Shown one piece after another: positions 57,592 through 64,000 of a stretch of 64,000 nt of DNA. Source of the stretch: an uncultured Verrucomicrobiae bacterium (lineage in GTDB: Bacteria > Verrucomicrobiota > Verrucomicrobiia > Limisphaerales > Palsa-1400); the NCBI GenBank assembly GCA_963764165.1, contig CAVXRD010000003.1:192001-256000 (forward strand). Reading direction: 5' to 3'. The notes under the pieces were generated by a model. That model searched no databases, had not been told where the DNA came from, and saw only the letters and a list, made by a program, of their open reading frames with translations. The position numbers were made by a program, and so were the translations under genes. Each line of letters begins with the position of its first letter. Position 1 is the first letter of the stretch.

Positions 57592-57613
57592 GGTTTACAT
57601 TGTGGATTTGGGG
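57572..57613 (+). pseudogene. N-terminal fragment of a PemK/MazF toxin
   Basis: MTPKVGEVYIVDLG, cut at the stop of the convergent gene. Confidence 0.65.
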
Positions 57614-57614
57614 G

Positions 57615-58850
57615 CTAAATTTTCAAAAACAACTTTCGCCGATACATCCACCAGCAAATAAGCCACAGGATTGCCAACATGAAGAGCAACTCCGTTGCGG
57701 GGGCATACGTCTGGCCGAACACATTGTAGATGCCGGAGCCAAAGAAGATTGGGAGCGTGCTAATAATCCAGTCGCCCCAAAGATGATCCATCACATACAT
57801 CGCGATGGAGTTCATTCCCACGACGATGAGCGGAAAAGCCCACGCTCGCCACCCTTTCCAATCCAAAAGCGCATAGAAAGCCGACAAAATTAATAACGAC
57901 CAACCTCCACTGAAGAGAACCCACGACGGCGTCCAAATTCGTTTGACAGAAGGGCAGATCCCGGCCGCGTCGAGGACCAATCCTGCCGCCATGCAACCGA
58001 GGCCAATGATCGTCATCGTTTTGATTTTTTGAAACTGCGCTCCCGGTTGCCGCAAGTATTGTCCGGTCAAGAGCCCAATGATCATCGTGCCAAGAGTCGG
58101 GATGAAGCTAAGCGTCAGGTAGCCGCCTTCGTTGAAGCGGAAGTGCTTTTCCCTCGGAAAAAGATTCAGGAACCATTGGTCAAAGGCTGCCGCCAAATTG
58201 GTGTTCTTGTCCCAATGCGCGGCAAAACCGGTCAAATGCGGCCAGTTCGCCGGAACCCCGACCTTTGAATAATCAAATCCTGGCGACGGGACAGGATAAA
58301 GCGCAAATGCCGCCCAGTAGCCCACTAAAATCAACGCAAGGCTCGCCAATTGAATTGACGGTTTCGCCCACGCGAGCAGGAACAGAAAGAAGTAACCCAT
58401 GCCGATTTGGCTCAATGTGTCCTCAAACGTAAAATAGGTTTGACGGTGGCGCATGGAGCGCAGAAATACGCCAAGAAATGTCAGGGCAACTGACCGCCAA
58501 AGCGCGTGCGCCAGCATCACCCGCCGCGATTGGCCGGTGGATTGGCGTTTCGCGAGCGAAAACGGCAGCGAAACCCCCACTAGAAACGTGAACGAAGGTT
58601 GAATCAGATCCCACAAGCTGCAACCGCGCCATTCGGTGTGTTCGGTTTGGTATCCGAGAATTTGCCAAAGGCGGCTGTCGGGCAGTTTCGCGGCAATCTG
58701 TGAGCTGGCGAGACCATCTGACGCCATCAGGAGCATGACAAACCCCCGATACGCATCCAGCGATAACAATCTTGAGGAGATCGCCGTTCGCGTTGGCGGC
58801 TCGTCCTGAATTGGCATCGCAGACGCGGCGTTGTCAAGAGTGTTGCCCAC
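57615..58850 (-). CDS. DUF5009 / heparan-alpha-glucosaminide N-acetyltransferase-like membrane protein (start may be ATG 58817)
   Basis: RLLSLDAYRG, HTEWRG..WDLIQPSF.F.VG, KRIWTPSW, GMNSIAMY, YRRKLFLKI. Confidence 0.85.
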   Translation of the reverse strand: MGNTLDNAASAMPIQDEPPTRTAISSRLLSLDAYRGFVMLLMASDGLASSQIAAKLPDSRLWQILGYQTEHTEWRGCSLWDLIQPSFTFLVGVSLPFSLAKRQSTGQSRRVMLAHALWRSVALTFLGVFLRSMRHRQTYFTFEDTLSQIGMGYFFLFLLAWAKPSIQLASLALILVGYWAAFALYPVPSPGFDYSKVGVPANWPHLTGFAAHWDKNTNLAAAFDQWFLNLFPREKHFRFNEGGYLTLSFIPTLGTMIIGLLTGQYLRQPGAQFQKIKTMTIIGLGCMAAGLVLDAAGICPSVKRIWTPSWVLFSGGWSLLILSAFYALLDWKGWRAWAFPLIVVGMNSIAMYVMDHLWGDWIISTLPIFFGSGIYNVFGQTYAPATELLFMLAILWLICWWMYRRKLFLKI

Positions 58851-58922
58851 AACCCATCCCTAGTGCAGGGGTGCGCTCTGGCACAAGCAGAATCGACGCA
58901 TTCCGATGGCTTGCCATTCGAA

Positions 58923-59000
58923 TGTTACCGGTTTGTTACCGCCTTGTCACCATTTGTTACCGCTATATCGTTGAGAATCAACGATGTAACCGATGTTACC
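58923..59000. repeat. Phased TGTTACC-like heptamer array (6 copies) around palindrome ATCGTTGA-GAA-TCAACGAT
   Basis: Copies at 58923, 58934, 58945, 58955, 58985, 58994. Confidence 0.8.
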
Positions 59001-59340
59001 ACTTTTTGGAGATTATATTATTATCTGCACCGAAAGAGGACGATTCCCTTCCCCTGCTCCACCCTTTCTTCGCCTGTTGGTTCAAGAAATGGTCAGGTCT
59101 CGATCTCAACTGGATGTGTAATTCTGCCGATAGCCTCCTAGTACCGCCAATTGAGCGCTTAGAATGAATGAAGTTGAATGCGATAGTCGTCGGTGACCTG
59201 GATGCCGCAGGCAGTTCAATGGCTGGGCCGCTGGCACGGCAGGTGCTGCAATCGGTGGTTGCGATTATGTCCGATACACATCTTAGCAAAGCCGGATCCC
59301 ACGACGCTTCCTCCAACCCGGACCAGGATTCGAGGGAGCT

Positions 59341-62300
59341 ATGACCCGCCGCCTAAGGAATTTAAGACAATCAGCGCGAGGTCTGCAAATTTTGGGTTTT
59401 GCGTGCTGGTGTGTCTTTGCCGCCGCCGCAGCCGACGAACCTCCCGCCGCAAGGCCGGGAAGGATTGTCACCCATTATGCGCTGACGGCCCCCGCGCACC
59501 TGCATTTAGACTCCCACGACGGCTCTGCGCCAAGGGACTGGCGGCTTTTGGCCTCCAATGACGACGGGCGCACATGGCAGACAATTGATGCGCGCACCAA
59601 TGAATTGTTTGCCACAAATCACCTGCGCCGGGAGTTTGCGGTCACCAATCGAACCTCCTACAACACCTACCGGCTGGAAGTAATTCGCACACGGGATGCC
59701 ACCGAAACGGCCAGTCTTGCCGAACTGGAGCTCATGGGTCCCATCACCGGCTTGACCAACGAGGCGAAACTGAGGACGAAGATTTCGTCATCGCGGGCGC
59801 ACCCCTTAAGGTTGTCAGCGGCTCAGGCATTTGACGGAGATGCGACGACGGACTGGTTTGACTTCGGAGTTGGTCCTGAGGGCGGGCACTGGCTGCAGTG
59901 CGAGTACACGACCAATGCGGACATCGTGGTGGACAATATCGCGCAGTTGAACCTGATCGGCCGCAGTCTTGCCATGCGCGATACATTTGCCGACCAGGCT
60001 TCACAAGTCGATTCTGCCTTTATCGCCCTCTCAAACGGGCCGACGCGCACACTCGTCGGCTATTCTCTGACCTCCGCCAACGATTTTTATCCGCGCGATC
60101 CGACTGACTGGCAATTGCTGGCATCGAATGACCGCGGCAAGACTTGGGACGTTTTGGATGTTCGCCGGAGCGAGACATTTCCGAAACGGCTGCAGAAAAC
60201 GGGATTTTGTCCTGCAAAAACCCGCCTCCTATGCGCTCTACCGGCTTCAGATTGATTCCGTATTCGCGCCGCCTTTGGCCAATTCTGTGCAACTGGCGGA
60301 AATCGAGCCCCACTGGGCGGAAGGAGAAAACACCACTGGGTTGTCGCTGGTTGTCTCGGCGCACGGAGAAAACCATCCTTGGGAAACAATTCAACGCGCT
60401 TTCGACAGAGACTTGACCACCAAATGGCTGGATTTTTCCGGTTCACCGACCAATAGAGCCAGTTGGATTCAATGGCAATTTGCCGCAATCGACGGACCTC
60501 CCGTGGTCAGCTTGGACCGGCTGGGCACGAGCCGGGCGCAGCAGATGAATGCAACCAAGCTCGATTTGCAAGCAGTCGTGGTGGGACGCGGGACCACGAG
60601 CATCAGCCTTGCGGATCGCAGCGGATTCATTGTGATCCGTCTGACTTGGCCGCAGGGGGAGGGACAGCCGGGCGACAAAGTGCGATTGAGGGGCGATGTG
60701 GAATTTGTCAATGGCAAGCCGTTGCTGGCGCATCCTGAATTGACGGTTCTGGGCCGGGTGCCGTCCGCGGCGCCAGCGCAGGCGGGCCAGTCGTCGGAAG
60801 CGAGCCAGGATTACGCATGGGGCACCGTCGAAGGTGATGCAGAAGTTCTGGCCCAGGAATCGGATTATTCAACCATCCGGCTGACGTCCTCGGACGGCAC
60901 GAACGTTGTGCTAGCCCGGCTCCTCAATCCGTATCGGCGTCAGCTTCCCAATCCATTGAATTGCCGTTTGCGGGTTCGAGGCGTGGTGGAATCTGTTTCC
61001 GATGGAAATGGCCGTATCATCCCGGGAATTGTGTGGGTTTCCAAATTCGACGATGTCGCGCTGATTGCCCCGCAGGCCAAGAACTGGAACCGGCGGCGGG
61101 AATACTCCATAGGAGAACTGATTGGCGCAAAGCCAATGCCAACGGGGCTGGTGCGAGTGACCGGGCTCCTCGATGCCCAGGAGGCCGGGAGGTATCTCGT
61201 CCTAAAGGATGGAACGAATGGAATTCTGGTATTCGATAGGGAATCAAGCGCTCTGCCGCTGAATTCGCGCGTTGAGGCGATGGGTTTTCTGGGGCGAGAG
61301 GGCAATCGCACGATCTTAAGCTGGGCTGCTTGTCGGCCTGCCGGGGAGCAGGCCAAGCCGTCCGAAATGGCCATCGATCTGGAGCATCCTGTCATCGACG
61401 CCGCAGAGGTGAACCGGTTGCGCAATGCCGAACCGGACCGCGTATTCCCTGTGCGCCTGCGGGGAGTGGTCACCTACATCTGCGGGTCGTACATTGCCGA
61501 GGAGAACATCTTCTACCTTCAGGATGGCACCAATGTGGTCAAGTTTTTGAGCGCGGCCGCCGCCGGTTTGACTGATGGCATCCAGCAGGAGGGAATGTGC
61601 GTTGAAGTCAATGGAAAGAACACGCATGACGGCATCACCCCCACCGCCTTTGTCAAATTTCTGGACAAGGGCCGAATGCCCGAGCCCATCAGGAATTCGT
61701 TTCATGCACTGATGCTGCCGCAGAACGCCGGGCGATGGGCGCAGGTCGAAGGCGTGGTGAGCGGATACAATGACGGACGTTTGATGCTGCTGGTGGAAGG
61801 AAAGGAACTTACAGTCTGGGTCAATCAGATCACGCTTGACGATCGCTGCCGTGTCCCCGGCAGCCGGCTCCGTGTCCGCGGCGTGTGTGAGCCGATAGTC
61901 AATGGGCGGGACCAAATGCTGGGGTCGCGCCTCCTTGTTCCTACCAGTGAATGCATTGAAATAATCGCTCCCGGGCCGACGGATCCGTTTTTGCTGCCGA
62001 AGGTCGCCATCGCCTCCATCCTGCAGTTGGGTTCCGGCGTGTCAGAAGCGCAAATGCCGGTGGTCAGGAGCGAGGGCATTGTGACCTACAAAGGGCCTCA
62101 GATGCTGTGCATTCAGGATAAAGACACGGGAATGAGAGTCTTCCTGCAGCGAGAAAGCACGGACATCCAGCGCGGCGATTTCGTTCAGGTGGCGGGACTG
62201 GCATTGCCGGACGGCTTTTCTCCCAAGCTGGTGCAGGCTCTCGCCCGCAAAACTGGCCGGGGGGATTTGCCCGCCGCCAAGGTCACTGATTTTTTTCAGG

Positions 62301-64000
62301 CCTCCGACCAGAGTGGGCAGGACGCCACGCGTGGGGAGGTGGATGCGATATTCGAAGGACAAGGCGCGGGCGATTCCGCCCCGAAACTGGAAATGCTGTG
62401 CGAGTCAACACGGCAGTATTTTTACGCCTATCTTCCCGCGGCTGCCTCCTTGCCGGAGTCGTTGCTCCCGGGCAGTCGTGTCCGCCTGCGCGGCGTCATC
62501 AAGCTTCAGGCCGAAGAAGCTCTGGATGCCAATCAGGTGGTAACGGCCTTTGAGATGTATTTGAACTCGCCCGCGGATATCCAGATCCTGGAGGCCCCGT
62601 CCTGGTGGACGGCCCGGCATACATCGTGGTTGTTGGGTGGGGTGGGATCGGTGCTGATCGTTTCGCTGGGATGGATCAGCTCGTTGCGCCGCCAAGTGAG
62701 ACGGCAAACGCGGGCATTGGAACAAGAAAACGCGGAACGCAAGCAGGCGCAGCTCGAACTGGCCGCCTCGAATGCTGCCCTTCAAACCGAGAATCTCGAA
62801 CGCAGGCAGGCCGAAGAAGTCCTCCGCTCCCAAAAGGAAAAAACCCGGTTGATCATTGATCAAGCGTTCGACGCGGTCGTGACCGCGGACATTGACTTCC
62901 AGATCATCGGCTGGAATGTGGCCGCGGAAAAAACGCTGGGGTGGACGTGCGCGGAGATTTTAGGCCGAAACCTGCTTGACACCATAGTTTCTCCGGACCG
63001 GCGGGAAAAGCGTCGCGCTGATCTGGAACGATTTCGCGCGACAGGAGAATGGTCAGATTTAAATCGCCTGGTCCAAACCACCGCTGTGCACCGCGATGGC
63101 CGGGAACTGCCCATCGAACTGACCATAACGCCCATTCGATTGGGCGAAGACTACATTTTCACTCTTTTCATGAGAGAAATTTCCGACCGCCTGAAGGCCG
63201 AAGCAGCGCTGGCTCATGAGCGCCACCTTCTCGAAAGCCTGCTGGAGAACTCGCCGGACTATATTTATTTCAAGGATCGCGATTCGCGTTTTCTGCGGTG
63301 CAGCGCTGCGCTCCGCAAATTGGTGGGCGGCAGCTCGGGAAACCCCATCGGCAAAACCGACTTTGATTTGTTTACCGAGGAACATGCCCGGCCTGCTTTC
63401 GAGGACGAGCAGGAAATCATTCGCACAGGCCGCCCCCTCATCGGCAAGGTCGAACGGGAAGTGGCCAGAAGCTATCGTGTGTTCTGGACCCTCACCTCCA
63501 AAATGCCCCTGCGAAACCAGGCTGGCGAAATCGTGGGCACCTTTGGCATCTCCAAAGACATTACCAAGCTCAAGCAGGCTGAACTTTCCGCGGTGGCATT
63601 TGCCAAGCTGGGCCAGGATTTGTTTTCAGCGGCCACTGTGGAAATCGCATCCCGAATGGTAGCCGAGGTGGCCTATAAATTATTTAATTATGACGCCTTT
63701 GGCCTTTACGTGTATGTTCCCGAGACCGATGAGGCCCAAGTCGTTCTCGAAAGCGATATCGTCGATGGCCAGCGAACATTTGTAACGGGCACTGAAAAGA
63801 AGCGGCCCAGCAGCAACCTTCGGCGGGTATTAAAGGACGGCCCGGAATTGATCTTGAAAGATGCCTTGGATCCCGCCTCGAATCCCTTTGGCGACAAGAA
63901 CCGTTCTTCCGCTTGCATCATGCGGGTTCCGCTTCGAGTGCTGGCCAAGTCCATCGGCGCGCTGGCGCTCCATAGTTATACTCCAGGAGCCTACGATGCC
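59341..64000 (+). CDS. Giant membrane sensor (probable histidine kinase): discoidin/CBM-like repeats, OB-fold-like repeats, TM, PAS-PAS-GAF; frameshift at 60196-60199; 3' end beyond window
   Basis: ORF 59341-60255 continues in the +1 frame (RDFVLQKPASYALYRL...) open to the window end; PSWWT + TM, IIGWNVAAEK and IYFKDRDSRF...IGKTDFD PAS motifs. Confidence 0.8.

Noticed and set aside
1..64000. CRISPR array or cas genes
   Set aside because: No regularly spaced identical repeats with unique spacers; the repeats are palindromic REP-like units; no cas ORFs.

Overview
GC-rich bacterial chromosome segment. The gene families (Minf_1886/TIGR04138, H-X9-DG-type prepilin-like proteins, ECF sigma with membrane-anchored extension, MoxR-DUF58-BatA operon) suggest a Verrucomicrobiota genome. 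Core content: a large secreted Ig/LamG protein, GH79, tRNA-Val(CAC), a Ser/Thr kinase-CN hydrolase-RmlD-like operon, HU, leuS, msrA, a MoxR/DUF58/vWA operon, an 11-gene type II secretion operon, an ECF sigma factor and a frameshifted giant membrane sensor. Accessory content: an intact IS66 (8-bp TSD) inserted in a REP-like palindrome, a partial msrA duplication bracketing an island, an AT-richer three-gene islet (HEPN-like and DUF4236), seven toxin-antitoxin loci (three decayed) and several nested families of palindromic repeats. Most notable: (1) all seven TA loci open with the same promoter-to-start-codon geometry (leaderless) and several are bracketed by direct or palindromic repeats, resembling portable cassettes; (2) a REP element lies in frame inside the GspI prepilin leader; (3) gspJ can only start at an ATA codon; (4) a Fic/Doc-like TA pair has an atypical motif. 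All calls are from motif reading by eye; no database searches were run.
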